This document shows positions 40,717 through 51,315 of a stretch of 64,000 nucleotides of DNA, piece by piece. Position numbers and translations under genes: made by a program. Positions within the stretch are counted from its first letter, which is position 1; each line of letters begins with the position of its first letter. The DNA is from Acinetobacter phage vB_ApiM_fHyAci03. A model generated the notes under the pieces. It did not search any database, was not told where the DNA came from, and was given only the letters and a program-made list of their open reading frames with translations. The stretch lies in sequence record NC_049438.1, one strand, 5' to 3'.

Positions 40717-41208
40717 ATGGAACTTACAGATTTACTCAGAGCATTTGAATCTGGTGACTTTGCACGTCCTAACTTGTTTGAAGTTGAAATTCCTTTCTTA
40801 GGCAAGAATTTTAGTTTTAAATGTAAAGCAGCTGCTATGCCACCAGCTAACGTCGATAAAATTGCAGTCGGCTTCCAAAACAGAAAGTTGCATGTAGCCG
40901 GCGACAGAACATTTGATGACTGGACGGTAACAATTTACTCAGATGACAAACATCAAACTCGCCAAGACATTTTAGATTGGCAAAATCTATGTCATGGGCA
41001 AGGTGCAGAAATTAGTGGTGCAACCCCAGCCGATTATAAAAAGACTGCAATCATTCGCCAGTTTGGACGAGACGGCAAAACGATCACTAAAGAGTATACA
41101 ATTTATGGTCTATGGCCAACTCTTGTAGGTGAAGTGCAATTAGACTGGGACCAAAACTCGGAAGTAGAAACATTTGAAACTACGTTTGCATTAGATTATT
41201 GGCTATAA
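40717..41208 (+). CDS. 19: tail tube protein gp19
   Basis: 163 aa (T4 163), synteny. Confidence 0.8.
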   Translation: MELTDLLRAFESGDFARPNLFEVEIPFLGKNFSFKCKAAAMPPANVDKIAVGFQNRKLHVAGDRTFDDWTVTIYSDDKHQTRQDILDWQNLCHGQGAEISGATPADYKKTAIIRQFGRDGKTITKEYTIYGLWPTLVGEVQLDWDQNSEVETFETTFALDYWL

Positions 41209-41223
41209 GTGAAATCCGATTGG

Positions 41224-41231
41224 TATAAATA
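41224..41231 (+). promoter_or_regulatory. late promoter TATAAATA for gene 20, embedded in a small inverted repeat ccgattg...caatcgg
   Basis: Exact consensus about 37 nt upstream of the ATG at 41269. Confidence 0.5.
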
Positions 41232-41268
41232 AACTTATATCAATCGGAACCACTCTGTAGGAGGATTT

Positions 41269-42822
41269 ATGCAAGATGTGAACGATTTGAAAATGTTCGC
41301 TTTTTGGCAAAAAGTTGATACCGCAGAATACGATCAAATTATTAACAATAAAGCAGAGTCAATTACTGCTCCAAAATTTGACGATGGTGCTACAGAAATT
41401 GAATCTACCGATGCAGCATACAACGGTGTATTTAGACAACTTTATGGTAATCAAGACCCTAACGTTACATCAACAAAAGAATTAATCAATACTTATCGAA
41501 GTATGCTTAATAATTATGAAGTTGATAATGCGGTTCAAGAAATTGTCTCTGATGCAGTAGTGTATGAAGATGGGTATGATGTTGTATCATTGGACTTAGA
41601 CCAAACAAAATTTTCAGAAAATATTAGAGAGAAAATTTTAGAAGAATTTAACGAAGTTCTCAACATGTTAAAATTCCAACGAAAAGGATCTGATCATTTC
41701 AGGCGTTGGTATGTTGATTCTCGTATATTTTTCCATAAAATCATTAATCCATCTCGTCCTAAAGATGGAATTATTGAACTTAGACGCCTTGACCCTAGAC
41801 AAGTGCAATTTATTCGTGAAATCGAAACTGTTACTGAAAAAGGTGTTAAAGTTGTCAAAGGATATCGTGAATACTTTATCTATGACACACAAAATGATTC
41901 GTATAACTGTGGCGGCCAACATTTTGCAGCAGGGACAAAGGTTAAGATTCCTTACTCTGCAATGGTGTATGCCCATTCAGGATTAACAGATTGTTGCGGC
42001 AAAAATATCATCGGGTATTTGCACAGAGCTGTAAAGCCAGCAAACCAGCTTAAATTGCTTGAAGACGCAATGATGATATATCGTCTTACTCGTGCACCGG
42101 ATCGTCGAGTTTTTTATATCGATACCGGTAATATGCCAGCACGTAAAGCTGCCCAGTATATGCAACACATTATGAATTCTCACCGAAATAGAATTTCATA
42201 TGACGCTTCAACCGGTAAAATTAAAAATCAAGCAAATATGATGGCCTTGACAGAAGATTATTGGTTGCAACGTCGTGATGGTAAAGCTGTAACAGAAGTT
42301 GATACTCTTCCTGGAATGTCTGGGATGAATGAAATGGATGATGTCCTCTATTTCAGAAAGGCATTATACATGGCTTTACGTGTTCCTCTGTCAAGAATTC
42401 CAGATGAACAATCACAAAATGTGTTTGATATGAGCACAGCTATTTCTCGTGACGAGCTTAGATTTGATAAGTTCATAATGGAATTACAACACAAATTTGA
42501 AGAAGTTTTCCTTAATCCTCTCAAAAGCAACTTATTGCTTAAGAGAATCATCGACGAGGATGAGTGGGAGAATGAAATAAATAATATCAAAGTCGTATTC
42601 CACAAAAATTCCTATTTCACTGAAATGAAAGAAATGGAAATTATGGAACGCCGAGTCAATGCGCTGAATTTGGTTGAACCTTATGTTGGAAAATATATTT
42701 CTAATCAAACTGCAATGAAACAATTCTTGCATATGTCAGATGAAGAAATTGCAGCAGAGCGTAAGATTATTGACGAAGAGCTTAAAGATAAAGTATATAA
42801 CCCACCAGAAGAGGAACTATAA
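41269..42822 (+). CDS. 20: portal vertex protein gp20
   Basis: 517 aa (T4 524), synteny. Confidence 0.85.
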   Translation: MQDVNDLKMFAFWQKVDTAEYDQIINNKAESITAPKFDDGATEIESTDAAYNGVFRQLYGNQDPNVTSTKELINTYRSMLNNYEVDNAVQEIVSDAVVYEDGYDVVSLDLDQTKFSENIREKILEEFNEVLNMLKFQRKGSDHFRRWYVDSRIFFHKIINPSRPKDGIIELRRLDPRQVQFIREIETVTEKGVKVVKGYREYFIYDTQNDSYNCGGQHFAAGTKVKIPYSAMVYAHSGLTDCCGKNIIGYLHRAVKPANQLKLLEDAMMIYRLTRAPDRRVFYIDTGNMPARKAAQYMQHIMNSHRNRISYDASTGKIKNQANMMALTEDYWLQRRDGKAVTEVDTLPGMSGMNEMDDVLYFRKALYMALRVPLSRIPDEQSQNVFDMSTAISRDELRFDKFIMELQHKFEEVFLNPLKSNLLLKRIIDEDEWENEINNIKVVFHKNSYFTEMKEMEIMERRVNALNLVEPYVGKYISNQTAMKQFLHMSDEEIAAERKIIDEELKDKVYNPPEEEL

Positions 42823-43022
42823 TGGATGATATTATCAAAGCCATTGCTTCCAACGACCTAGTAAAATTTAAGCGTTGCTTTAATGAAGCTATGGCAGCAA
42901 AAGTTGGAAACGTTTTGGCAGAAGAAAAATTAAAAATTGCCAAATCAGTCATGATTGAAGGCGAAGATAAAGTCGTTGATGATGAAGATGATGACAATGA
43001 CGACGATGAGGACGAAGAGTAA
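42822..43022 (+). CDS. 67: prohead core protein gp67 (66 aa, poly-acidic C-terminus)
   Basis: [14 protein letters not shown] tail, position after gene 20. Confidence 0.55.
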   Translation: MDDIIKAIASNDLVKFKRCFNEAMAAKVGNVLAEEKLKIAKSVMIEGEDKVVDDEDDDNDDDEDEE

Positions 43023-43450
43023 TGTTGATTATTGTTGAAAACGAATTAGTTTTTGATAATGTTTCAAATCTTTTACCTGAGGCCCAAGAACGTTTAAATG
43101 GATTTTCAACAATTTTTGAAAAGGATGAAATTGTAAAGATTGTTGAAAATTTAGCAAAAACTGAGCCTGAACTTGCTGTAGCTATTGGTTCTCTCGTTGA
43201 AGATGTTCCTTTAAATGAATTCATGGTCAAACATGTAAGTGCTAAAGGTGAACTAACAAAAACTAAAGATCGTAAAACGCGCGAGCGTAATGCATATCAA
43301 ACAACAGGTTTATCAAAATCTGAACGCCGTCGTATTGCACGCAAGGCAGTCAAAACGAAAAAGGCTAATCCTTCTGAACAAATTCGTACACAAAAGAAAA
43401 TCAAAAGAGCTCGAGCTAAACGCAAGAGCATGTATGGACTTAAACCATGA
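43022..43450 (+). CDS. 68: prohead core protein gp68
   Basis: 142 aa (T4 141), basic C-terminus, synteny. Confidence 0.55.
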   Translation: MLIIVENELVFDNVSNLLPEAQERLNGFSTIFEKDEIVKIVENLAKTEPELAVAIGSLVEDVPLNEFMVKHVSAKGELTKTKDRKTRERNAYQTTGLSKSERRRIARKAVKTKKANPSEQIRTQKKIKRARAKRKSMYGLKP

Positions 43451-44094
43451 GCAATGAACCTCAATTGTTAATTGAGCATTGGGGACAGGCATCAGAAATT
43501 AATGATGTTTCAGCTTTTCAACTGGATGAATCAACAGGTAAAGGATTACCTCCTGGACTTTATATTGAAGGAATTTTCCTTCAAGCGAATGTTGTTAATC
43601 GCAACAAACGTTACTACCCAAAGGCTGTTTTAGAAAAAGCCGTTGATAAGTATATTAAAGAACAGGTCAGTACAAATCAAGCATTAGGTGAATTAAATCA
43701 TCCACCTCGTGCTAATGTTGACCCAATGCAAGCCGCTATTATTATCGAAGATATGTGGTGGTCAGGCAATAATGTTATGGGCAGAGCAAGAATTATTGAA
43801 GGCGATCAAGGAGCCGGCGATAAATTAGCTGCCTTGATACGTTCTGGGTGGAAGCCTGGAGTGTCTAGTCGTGGTCTTGGAAGTGTCAAAGATTCTGGGC
43901 GTGGATATAATATAGTCCAAGATGGATTCAGATTGACAGTTGGCGTCGATGTTGTTTGGGGCCCAAGTGCACCAGATGCATGGGTAAAACCTTTAGAGAT
44001 CACAGAAAGCGTAAATGAAGATGCAAATGTAGCACAACCTCAGAACGCTGATTCAGCATTCAAGACGCTTATTAACAACTTGAGTGCATTATAA
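43447..44094 (+). CDS. 21: prohead core scaffold protease gp21
   Basis: 215 aa (T4 212), synteny. Confidence 0.8.
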   Translation: MSNEPQLLIEHWGQASEINDVSAFQLDESTGKGLPPGLYIEGIFLQANVVNRNKRYYPKAVLEKAVDKYIKEQVSTNQALGELNHPPRANVDPMQAAIIIEDMWWSGNNVMGRARIIEGDQGAGDKLAALIRSGWKPGVSSRGLGSVKDSGRGYNIVQDGFRLTVGVDVVWGPSAPDAWVKPLEITESVNEDANVAQPQNADSAFKTLINNLSAL

Positions 44095-44097
44095 ATA
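44090..44097 (+). promoter_or_regulatory. late promoter TATAAATA for gene 22
   Basis: Exact consensus about 27 nt upstream of the ATG at 44124. Confidence 0.55.
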
Positions 44098-44123
44098 AAA
44101 TTATATTAAAACAGGAAATCAAA

Positions 44124-44957
44124 ATGCTGAAAGAACAATTACTTAAGGAAGCTCAAGAAATTGAAGTTTCCGTAGAATTAGACGGTATTTTTGAATCAGT
44201 AGAACTTTCTGAAGAAATGCAACAGAATTTTAAAACTGTATTCGAAGCTGCTGTTAAGAAAAATGCCGCAACTTTAGCTGAAGCGCATATTACACAAATC
44301 GCCGAAAAGGCTGATGAACGTGTTAATGAAGCAGTCGAAGAGCGTTCTAAGGCTATCGAAGCTAAACTTGTTGAATGTGCTGATAAATTATTTGAGCATA
44401 CTGCAAAAGAATGGCTTGCTGAAAATAAAGTCCAAGTTGAACGTGGTATCAAGGCAGATTTATTCGAATCAATGTTTGAAGGTCTCAAAGCTTTGGTTGT
44501 AGAACATAATGTTGTTTTACCTGAAGAATCAGTTGATGTTGTAACTGAAATGGAAGAAGAACTCCAAGAACATAAAGAAGAAAATTCAAAATTGTTCAGT
44601 GCCTTAACTGAAGCTCAAGATGAATTAAAAACTTTGAAACGCGAAATTGCCGTAAATGAAGCAACAAGTGAACTTACTGAAAGCCAAAAAGAAAAAGTTC
44701 ATGGCTTAATTGAAGGCCTTGAATACGGCGATGCATTTGAAGCCAAACTACAAGCTATTGTTGAAATGGCAACTACCTCTAAGCAACCCGCTACAATTGT
44801 TGAAAGCACAAGCGACACCAATGAAGCCGAAATAAATAATACTAATAGCGAAGCAGATGGATTAAACTACATTGTGGAAGAGCATAAAGAGCCTGAAACA
44901 TCTCCAGTACCAAATGCAAAAATCAACTCATATGTAGCAGCTGCAAAACGCTTCTAA
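44124..44957 (+). CDS. 22: prohead core scaffold protein gp22
   Basis: 277 aa (T4 269), Glu/Ala-rich coiled coil, synteny. Confidence 0.7.
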   Translation: MLKEQLLKEAQEIEVSVELDGIFESVELSEEMQQNFKTVFEAAVKKNAATLAEAHITQIAEKADERVNEAVEERSKAIEAKLVECADKLFEHTAKEWLAENKVQVERGIKADLFESMFEGLKALVVEHNVVLPEESVDVVTEMEEELQEHKEENSKLFSALTEAQDELKTLKREIAVNEATSELTESQKEKVHGLIEGLEYGDAFEAKLQAIVEMATTSKQPATIVESTSDTNEAEINNTNSEADGLNYIVEEHKEPETSPVPNAKINSYVAAAKRF

Positions 44958-44986
44958 TAAAAAATTATTCATAAAGGTAATAAAAC

Positions 44987-46567
44987 ATGTCTCAATTCAA
45001 ACAAAAAACTAAAGAACAATTAATGGAAACTTGGGGTGATTTGCTCACTGCTGAAGGTTTACCAAAAATTGATGAAAGCCGCCATGTAGTAATGGCTAAA
45101 ATCTTCGAAAACCAAGAAGCGGATTTTGCTACTGGCACTGAATACCGTGATCCTGAAATTGTTAAAGCATTTAGTGGTTTCTTAACCGAAGCAGAAATTG
45201 GTGGTGACCATGGTTATGATGCAACAAATATTGCAGCAGGTCAAACTTCTGGTGCTGTAACTCAAATCGGTCCTGCGATTATGGGTATGGTACGCCGTGC
45301 AATTCCTAACTTGATTGCTTTTGATATTTGTGGTGTACAACCTTTAAATGGTCCTACGGGTCAAATCTTCTCGTTACGTTCAGTGTATGGTAAAGATCCT
45401 CTAGCAGCTGGTGCTAAAGAAGCTTTCCACCCAATGCTATCTCCTGACACAATGCATTCAGGTCAAGGTGCTGCTGAAGCATTTGAAAATGTTAAAGCTG
45501 GTGACACATTAGCAATTGGTGATATTAAACGTCATGACTTTGCTGACACAGGTCGTGTATATATCCAAGCAATTAAAGCAGTAACAGTTGATGCTGATGC
45601 TACTGATGCAGAAAAACTTGATGTAGAAATCAAAAAATTAATGGCCTCAGGTTCAGTTGCTGAAATTGGCGCTGGTATGGCTACATCAGTTGCAGAATTG
45701 CAAGAAGGTTTCAATGGTTCACAAAATAACCCTTGGAACGAAATGGGATTCCGTATCGACAAACAATCAGTTGAAGTTAAATCTCGTCAATTGAAAGCAC
45801 AATACTCAATTGAACTTGCGCAAGATTTAAAAGCTGTACATGGTATGGATGCTGATGCCGAATTAGCAGGTATTCTTGCAACAGAAATTATGCTTGAAAT
45901 CAACCGTGAAATTGTTGATTGGATCAACTTCTCAGCTCAAATCGGTAAAACTGGCTTCACACAAACAAATGGCTCTAAAGCAGGTGTATTTGACTTCCAA
46001 GATCCGATCGATGTAAAAGGTGCACGTTGGGCTGGTGAAGCGTATAAAGCGCTTTTAATCCAAATCGATAAAGAAGCTTCAGAAATTGCTCGTCAAACTG
46101 GACGTGGTATCGGTAACTTCATCATCGCATCTCGTAACGTAGTTATGGCACTTGCACAAGTTGATGAACGTGTCAGCCCTGCTGCTCAAGGTCTTGCTTC
46201 TGGTATGAACTACGACACTACTAAAGCAACATTTGCTGGTGTACTTGGTGGTCGTTACAAAGTGTATATCGATCAATATGCACGTGAAGATTATTTCACA
46301 GTTGGTTTCAAAGGTTCAAGCGAACTTGATGCTGGTATTTACTACAGCCCATACGTTCCATTGACTCCATTACGTGGTTCTGATCCTAAGAATTTCCAAC
46401 CAGTGATGGGCTTCAAAACTCGTTATGCAGTTGGTATCAACCCATTCGCAGATACAGTTGCACAAGCTCCAGCTGGTAACAAGCGTATTAGCAATGGTAT
46501 GCCAACCATCGAAAATTCAGCTGGTAAAAACGGTTACTTCCGTAAAGTCTATGTTAAGGGAATCTAA
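44987..46567 (+). CDS. 23: major capsid protein gp23
   Basis: About 75% identical to T4 gp23 by manual alignment (FLTEAEIGGDHGY, IAAGQTSGAVTQIGPA, NPWNEMGFRIDKQ, RGSDPKNFQPVMGFKTRY). Confidence 0.95.
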   Translation: MSQFKQKTKEQLMETWGDLLTAEGLPKIDESRHVVMAKIFENQEADFATGTEYRDPEIVKAFSGFLTEAEIGGDHGYDATNIAAGQTSGAVTQIGPAIMGMVRRAIPNLIAFDICGVQPLNGPTGQIFSLRSVYGKDPLAAGAKEAFHPMLSPDTMHSGQGAAEAFENVKAGDTLAIGDIKRHDFADTGRVYIQAIKAVTVDADATDAEKLDVEIKKLMASGSVAEIGAGMATSVAELQEGFNGSQNNPWNEMGFRIDKQSVEVKSRQLKAQYSIELAQDLKAVHGMDADAELAGILATEIMLEINREIVDWINFSAQIGKTGFTQTNGSKAGVFDFQDPIDVKGARWAGEAYKALLIQIDKEASEIARQTGRGIGNFIIASRNVVMALAQVDERVSPAAQGLASGMNYDTTKATFAGVLGGRYKVYIDQYAREDYFTVGFKGSSELDAGIYYSPYVPLTPLRGSDPKNFQPVMGFKTRYAVGINPFADTVAQAPAGNKRISNGMPTIENSAGKNGYFRKVYVKGI

Positions 46568-46578
46568 TTCCTTTCCAT

Positions 46579-46612
46579 TCTTTGAAAAAGTAAAGGGACT
46601 CATTTGAGTCCC
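46579..46612. terminator. bidirectional terminator agggactca-ttt-gagtccct flanked by T/A runs, between gene 23 (+) and the nuclease-like ORF (-)
   Basis: Perfect 9-bp stem, tttttt downstream on the plus strand, A-run upstream. Confidence 0.6.
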
Positions 46613-48030
46613 TTTTTTGTTTTGTATAATATGTTACCACAGTCCCATATTCTCCGTAAACCGTTTGCATAGCAATTTTCAGATTCAGATAGTTCTTCAT
46701 CAAATATTTCTAACTTGTCTTTAAGGACATGCTTCATGTAACCTGAACGATGTTTGAGTTCTCCATCAACAATATAAAAATATCCAGGCTTTGTTACTCC
46801 GACTTTCTCCATTCCCATTTGTTCATATACATTTCCGAAACTCCAGCGTCGATTTGCATATGAAATCAAATTCATTCCTTTAAGAAGTTTTGATGCACCG
46901 CCAACTACACAGGTATATTTTTTAGAACATAGTCTCAATAGTTCCATGTCATATCCTTTATTAAATCGTGGCTTGCCAAACGTTGCAACTTGAACAAGTT
47001 CGCCGTTATAGAACAGACCTTTAGCTGATGCCGCACCACATTTGCCTTGTAGATGGTTCTCTTCACAAAATTCATGCGCTATTGAAACAGAGATATCTCT
47101 AATGTCACATTTTCGAGCATAGATTGATTTTGATTTGCCCAATTTGTGTGAAATGACTGATTTCCAAATTTCACGTTTGATTGGATTTCGCCATTCATTT
47201 TCAAAAATGTGCAATAAGTGGATACCTTGCTTTTCACATTCTTCGGTTTTTGAAATGTGAGAATTTCTAATGTGTTTATCGTCAGCAGAATCTCCTGAAC
47301 TATGCCAGAAAATACCATTGTACTCTATTGCGAGCTTATGCGAAGGAATATACAGATCTAATTCTCTTGGAGGTATTATGTCTCTTCTATTAATATCCAC
47401 TGTAGCGCCTAGGCTTGTTATAAATTCATATAGTTCATCTTCTGCAATTGATCTACTTTTGGTACGAACACCATGATCAAGAGAAATCCTATACATGAAT
47501 GTATAATGGCACCCAATAATTTTAACCAAATCATCAAACCCATGTGTCTCATACATTTTAGTGAATTGGGCTTTATCATATACCCAATCTGGTATATGAT
47601 CTCTGCTTGGTTTTCTCGCCTTTATGGATTTGATGCCTTCTTTGGTGGTCCCGACATCACCATAACGTTCTCTGCGAGTATCCCAAACCTTTTGATGATA
47701 GTCATTTCGTCCTTTGAGAGCTGAAGAGATTTTCTTTGTCCTTGCCTCAACATCAGTGTTGCTTACTTTCTTTTGCTTGACTTCAGGATCGTTAGCCGAA
47801 CATTTTCTACTACAATACAATGATCCAATGGGTGCTGGATTAGAGCATACTTTACATTTAGGCAGTTCTGTTAGACCTAGCATTGCTAGTTTCATAACCG
47901 TGCTATCATCAAGACTGGCGTCGTACGCTGAACGATCAAACTTATCTGGATTATTCTGCACTAATTTCCGCCAGTTTGGGTTTAGTTTGCCCTTTGCATT
48001 CTTAAAAAAATCTATGTCTATCATCATCAT
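46600..48030 (-). CDS. zinc-ribbon plus PD-(D/E)XK/Vsr-like nuclease-domain protein (476 aa) inserted between genes 23 and 24 on the opposite strand; candidate free-standing homing endonuclease
   Basis: N-terminal CKVCSN...CSRKCS Cys4; LDLYIPSHKLAIEYNGIFWHS resembles the D...(A/V)IExDGxxxH nuclease core; flanked by bidirectional terminators; no counterpart at this position in T4. Confidence 0.5.
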   Translation of the reverse strand: MMMIDIDFFKNAKGKLNPNWRKLVQNNPDKFDRSAYDASLDDSTVMKLAMLGLTELPKCKVCSNPAPIGSLYCSRKCSANDPEVKQKKVSNTDVEARTKKISSALKGRNDYHQKVWDTRRERYGDVGTTKEGIKSIKARKPSRDHIPDWVYDKAQFTKMYETHGFDDLVKIIGCHYTFMYRISLDHGVRTKSRSIAEDELYEFITSLGATVDINRRDIIPPRELDLYIPSHKLAIEYNGIFWHSSGDSADDKHIRNSHISKTEECEKQGIHLLHIFENEWRNPIKREIWKSVISHKLGKSKSIYARKCDIRDISVSIAHEFCEENHLQGKCGAASAKGLFYNGELVQVATFGKPRFNKGYDMELLRLCSKKYTCVVGGASKLLKGMNLISYANRRWSFGNVYEQMGMEKVGVTKPGYFYIVDGELKHRSGYMKHVLKDKLEIFDEELSESENCYANGLRRIWDCGNILYKTKKGLK

Positions 48031-48072
48031 CCACTCAATAGAAGTGTATAGGTATAATTATATATCATCGCA

Positions 48073-48080
48073 TATAAATA
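48073..48080 (+). promoter_or_regulatory. late promoter TATAAATA for gene 24
   Basis: Exact consensus about 32 nt upstream of the ATG at 48112. Confidence 0.55.
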
Positions 48081-48111
48081 GTAAATATACGCGTATAAAA
48101 GGAACCAATTT

Positions 48112-49383
48112 ATGAATCAAAAACATATTGATAAACTTATGATTGAATCTGTTCAATCTTCTGATAGCTTAATTGACAAGCCAGCATTATTAGGACTAAC
48201 ACGAGCTACAACAAATTTAGTCTATCATGACTTAGTTGCAACTCAATACACTGATAAGCCTATCGCTGCTCTATTTGGTGTAAAGTACCTTAATCCAAAT
48301 AAAGAATTAACATTCGTTACTGGCGCAACCTATGGCGGTGCTTACGGAGAAAAAGAACGTGCATCTATGGTAGAAGCAACCATTGGTATGACTCCATTAA
48401 AAGGCACCGAATTTAAGCACAATAATATTGTATACAAAGTACTAGTTGACGATCCATTTGCAGGCATTACTGAAACAGAATTAGATGACATTATCGCAGA
48501 AGCAATCATTCTATCAACGATTAGACTCGCATCTGAAGCGGCAGAAACATCAAAATTTGAAGCAGAAGATTCATCAATTTCTGATTCTCGGTTTGAGATC
48601 AATCGTTGGCAGGCTAATGTCAAGTCTCGTAAGTTAAAAACTGAATTGTCAGTTGAGCTTGCACAAGATTTAGAAGCCGCAGGTTTTGATACTGCCGAGT
48701 TGTTAGAAGATCTATTAGCTACACAAATGGCAGAAGAAATTAACAAAGACATCATGCAGTCGTTGATTACTGTTTCACGTAGATTCAAAATTGATGGTGC
48801 AGAAAATGCTATCCTAGATTTATCTGCAGTAGGAAGTTCAGTCGATCAAGCTCGTAATTTATATCGCTATGTATGTGAAATGAATGCGAATATTCAAAAA
48901 ACTACTGCATATAGCGCTACATTTGTACTTGCTTCTGCTCGTGTTGCGGCTCTATTATGTTCGTCTGGATGGGTTAAAGCAAATGCAGATGAAACACCAG
49001 ATGCATCGATGGGTGTCCTTAAAAATGGTCTTGCACTATATTCAGATAACAACAGTCCAGTAGATTATATTATTGTTGGTGTAAAATCATCATTTGGCGA
49101 ACAAGAAAATGTTGGGTCATTATTTTACGCTCCATATGTTGAAGGACGTCCCGAAGGCTCTGATCCGACCGACCATGTCGGTGCATACAAGGTCATTAAT
49201 GATCCGAATAGTTTGCAACCAAAAATCATGTTACTTATTCGATATGCGTTATCTGTGAACCCTTATACGGTCGGACTCACTGATGCACAGGCAAAAGTTG
49301 TTGATTCTACAAATTTAGATAACTTCGCGGGTCAAAGTGATATGTCGATCATACTCGGTGTCAAATTGCCAAAATTAAAGTAA
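48112..49383 (+). CDS. 24: head vertex protein gp24
   Basis: 423 aa (T4 427); gp23 paralogue signatures (SVELAQDL, NPY). Confidence 0.85.
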   Translation: MNQKHIDKLMIESVQSSDSLIDKPALLGLTRATTNLVYHDLVATQYTDKPIAALFGVKYLNPNKELTFVTGATYGGAYGEKERASMVEATIGMTPLKGTEFKHNNIVYKVLVDDPFAGITETELDDIIAEAIILSTIRLASEAAETSKFEAEDSSISDSRFEINRWQANVKSRKLKTELSVELAQDLEAAGFDTAELLEDLLATQMAEEINKDIMQSLITVSRRFKIDGAENAILDLSAVGSSVDQARNLYRYVCEMNANIQKTTAYSATFVLASARVAALLCSSGWVKANADETPDASMGVLKNGLALYSDNNSPVDYIIVGVKSSFGEQENVGSLFYAPYVEGRPEGSDPTDHVGAYKVINDPNSLQPKIMLLIRYALSVNPYTVGLTDAQAKVVDSTNLDNFAGQSDMSIILGVKLPKLK

Positions 49384-49411
49384 CATTTCTACTGAGATAA
49401 ATTACACACAA

Positions 49412-49440
49412 AAAGGGAGCCAAATGGCTCCCTTTTTGTT
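49412..49440. terminator. bidirectional terminator gggagcc-aaat-ggctccc with flanking A/T runs between gene 24 (+) and hoc (-)
   Basis: Perfect 7-bp GC stem plus tttttg. Confidence 0.6.
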
Positions 49441-50526
49441 TTAATATATGATTCCGGCATCCAATGCAGAACGATGAACAATACGTCCATGTCTAGATTC
49501 TTGGACATCCACTTCCGGGAAATCTTTAATCATTTTAGCTAAAGTTAACAAATGATAGTAGTATGGATTATCTTCCGGAGGTTGTTTCCAATCACCACCA
49601 GTTTTTGTAATCTTTTCAATTTCATCCATTACCCACCAACCAGCCCAAATATATGCAGAATTACGATGTGGAAGAGGATGGACATATTGTCGTTTATCTT
49701 CAGGTATAACGATTTCTTTTTCTGCAACATTAACCGATGTACTTTTCTTAACAGTGAACGGCAAATAATTTGCATGTGTTGCAGTTAATGTACATTCATG
49801 GTTAACTGTACCAACGCTTGAAGCCGTTACATTAATTTTTGCTGTTGTCTCTCCAGTATTCCAAGCGTAAGCATAAGTAACACCAGCTGGGCCGCCTGAG
49901 GCAATAGCATCAACAGAATAAACATCACCAACTTTAACATCAGAACTATCCGCCAACACGTTAAAATTGACACCAGTCATTGCAGTTTTATTAACTGTGA
50001 TTGTTAATTCATTCGAATCAATAATCTTATCAGTATAATCAGTTGCTTTGACTGTGATCTTACATGTAAGCTTTACTGGTCCAGGAGCAGTTGGTGTTTT
50101 AGTTGTAGTTGCAGTAGTCGAACCATCCGACCAAAGATATGTTATTGTTGCGCCAGCTGGTTGACCTGCAACAGTTGCTGTTGCTGTATAAGATTCACCA
50201 AAATTAATAGTAGGTTTCGATGTAGCAATAGAACCGGTAGTAGTCTGGGTAATTTTAGTTACAGTTAAGTTCGTTGTTGCCGTTTTAACATCATCGGCTT
50301 CGCCTTCGACTTTAGTTGTCGATGTAACTTTAATTACATTTGTGCCTACCTTTGTAGTTACATAGTCTAACGTATTAGTTGTTGAAGTTTGAGCAACTCC
50401 ATCGACTTCCCATTTATATTCAACAGTCGAACCTTCTGGCGCACCAGTAACAGTTGCAGTAAACTTTTGAGTTTTCCCTTTTTCGACAGAAGGGTTAACT
50501 GGGGATATTTGTAATGTTGTTGCCAT
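49441..50526 (-). CDS. hoc: Hoc-like outer capsid decoration protein with three Ig-like repeats
   Basis: Repeated Thr-rich Ig-like modules (TVTGAPEGSTVEYKWEVDG, TVAGQPAGATITYLWSDGS, ASGGPAGVTYAYAWNTGE) plus Trp-rich C-terminal capsid-binding region; position after gene 24. Confidence 0.7.
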   Translation of the reverse strand: MATTLQISPVNPSVEKGKTQKFTATVTGAPEGSTVEYKWEVDGVAQTSTTNTLDYVTTKVGTNVIKVTSTTKVEGEADDVKTATTNLTVTKITQTTTGSIATSKPTINFGESYTATATVAGQPAGATITYLWSDGSTTATTTKTPTAPGPVKLTCKITVKATDYTDKIIDSNELTITVNKTAMTGVNFNVLADSSDVKVGDVYSVDAIASGGPAGVTYAYAWNTGETTAKINVTASSVGTVNHECTLTATHANYLPFTVKKSTSVNVAEKEIVIPEDKRQYVHPLPHRNSAYIWAGWWVMDEIEKITKTGGDWKQPPEDNPYYYHLLTLAKMIKDFPEVDVQESRHGRIVHRSALDAGIIY

Positions 50527-50535
50527 TAGTTGTCC

Positions 50536-51246
50536 TTAGCTTAAAGTCACAAAACTTGAATTTCGTGTTTCACGAATACGGACAGAGCCGTCACGATTGA
50601 TGTAATAAATTAAACTTTTCAGTACATCTAATCCATGGTAATGCGGGAAAGCATTTGGGTTAGATTTCCAGTCAGGATTTTGTGTGATCCATTCATAGAT
50701 CCACCATGGTAGTGTGTAATATCCTGGCGCAGGACCAATGAGTTCAAATGCAGGTTTAAAATTATCCGGCAAAACTGATTTTGGCGATTCAATATCTTGA
50801 GGCACAATTTCCGCTGAAAGCTTAATTTCTTGTACAGGTGTTATAGGTTTAATAACAACATCGGCTACAACTTTTTCACCAAGCTCACCAGTTTCAGTTC
50901 GAACATCGATAATTTTAAAATCTTCAACCACAGGTGAATCAATTAACAATTTTTGTGCTTGTTCTTTGACTTCATCAAAAACTAGTTTGCCATCTGAGCT
51001 ATCAGCCGCAGTGATCAAATCATTGATTGTCAAGCCTTCATTTTCTTCAGGCAGTGGCTCATTAGCCAATTCAGCGAGTCCGGCTTTAATATCAGCTACA
51101 ATTGAATCAAACGATTTTGTCTTTTTAATTCTGATGCCAAACGTTGCTGCGTATTCTGCTAACTTCTCTTTGGCAAGACGCTTGTCTTCAACTGAAATTT
51201 GCTCTAACTCTTTTATATAATCATGATCTAACATGTATTTCTCCAA
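50536..51246 (-). CDS. inh: acidic protein in the position of T4 inh (prohead protease inhibitor)
   Basis: 236 aa (T4 Inh 226), between hoc and uvsW as in T4; sequence similarity not verified. Confidence 0.45.
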   Translation of the reverse strand: MEKYMLDHDYIKELEQISVEDKRLAKEKLAEYAATFGIRIKKTKSFDSIVADIKAGLAELANEPLPEENEGLTINDLITAADSSDGKLVFDEVKEQAQKLLIDSPVVEDFKIIDVRTETGELGEKVVADVVIKPITPVQEIKLSAEIVPQDIESPKSVLPDNFKPAFELIGPAPGYYTLPWWIYEWITQNPDWKSNPNAFPHYHGLDVLKSLIYYINRDGSVRIRETRNSSFVTLS

Positions 51247-51264
51247 TATGGGATTAATTTATTT

Positions 51265-51286
51265 TATTTATACTTGCGTATAAATA
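51265..51286. promoter_or_regulatory. divergent late promoters: minus-strand TATAAATA (plus tatttata 51265-51272) for inh and plus-strand TATAAATA (51279-51286) for uvsW
   Basis: Both exact consensus octamers, 20 and 30 nt from their respective ATGs. Confidence 0.5.
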
Positions 51287-51315
51287 TCTTTATACTAAAG
51301 CTTAGGTAAAGAATC

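Noticed and set aside
48342-48788. Minus-strand 148-aa ORF inside gene 24 (also 44153..44488 in gene 22 and 45532..45762 in gene 23)
   Set aside because: Antisense to well-supported conserved structural genes
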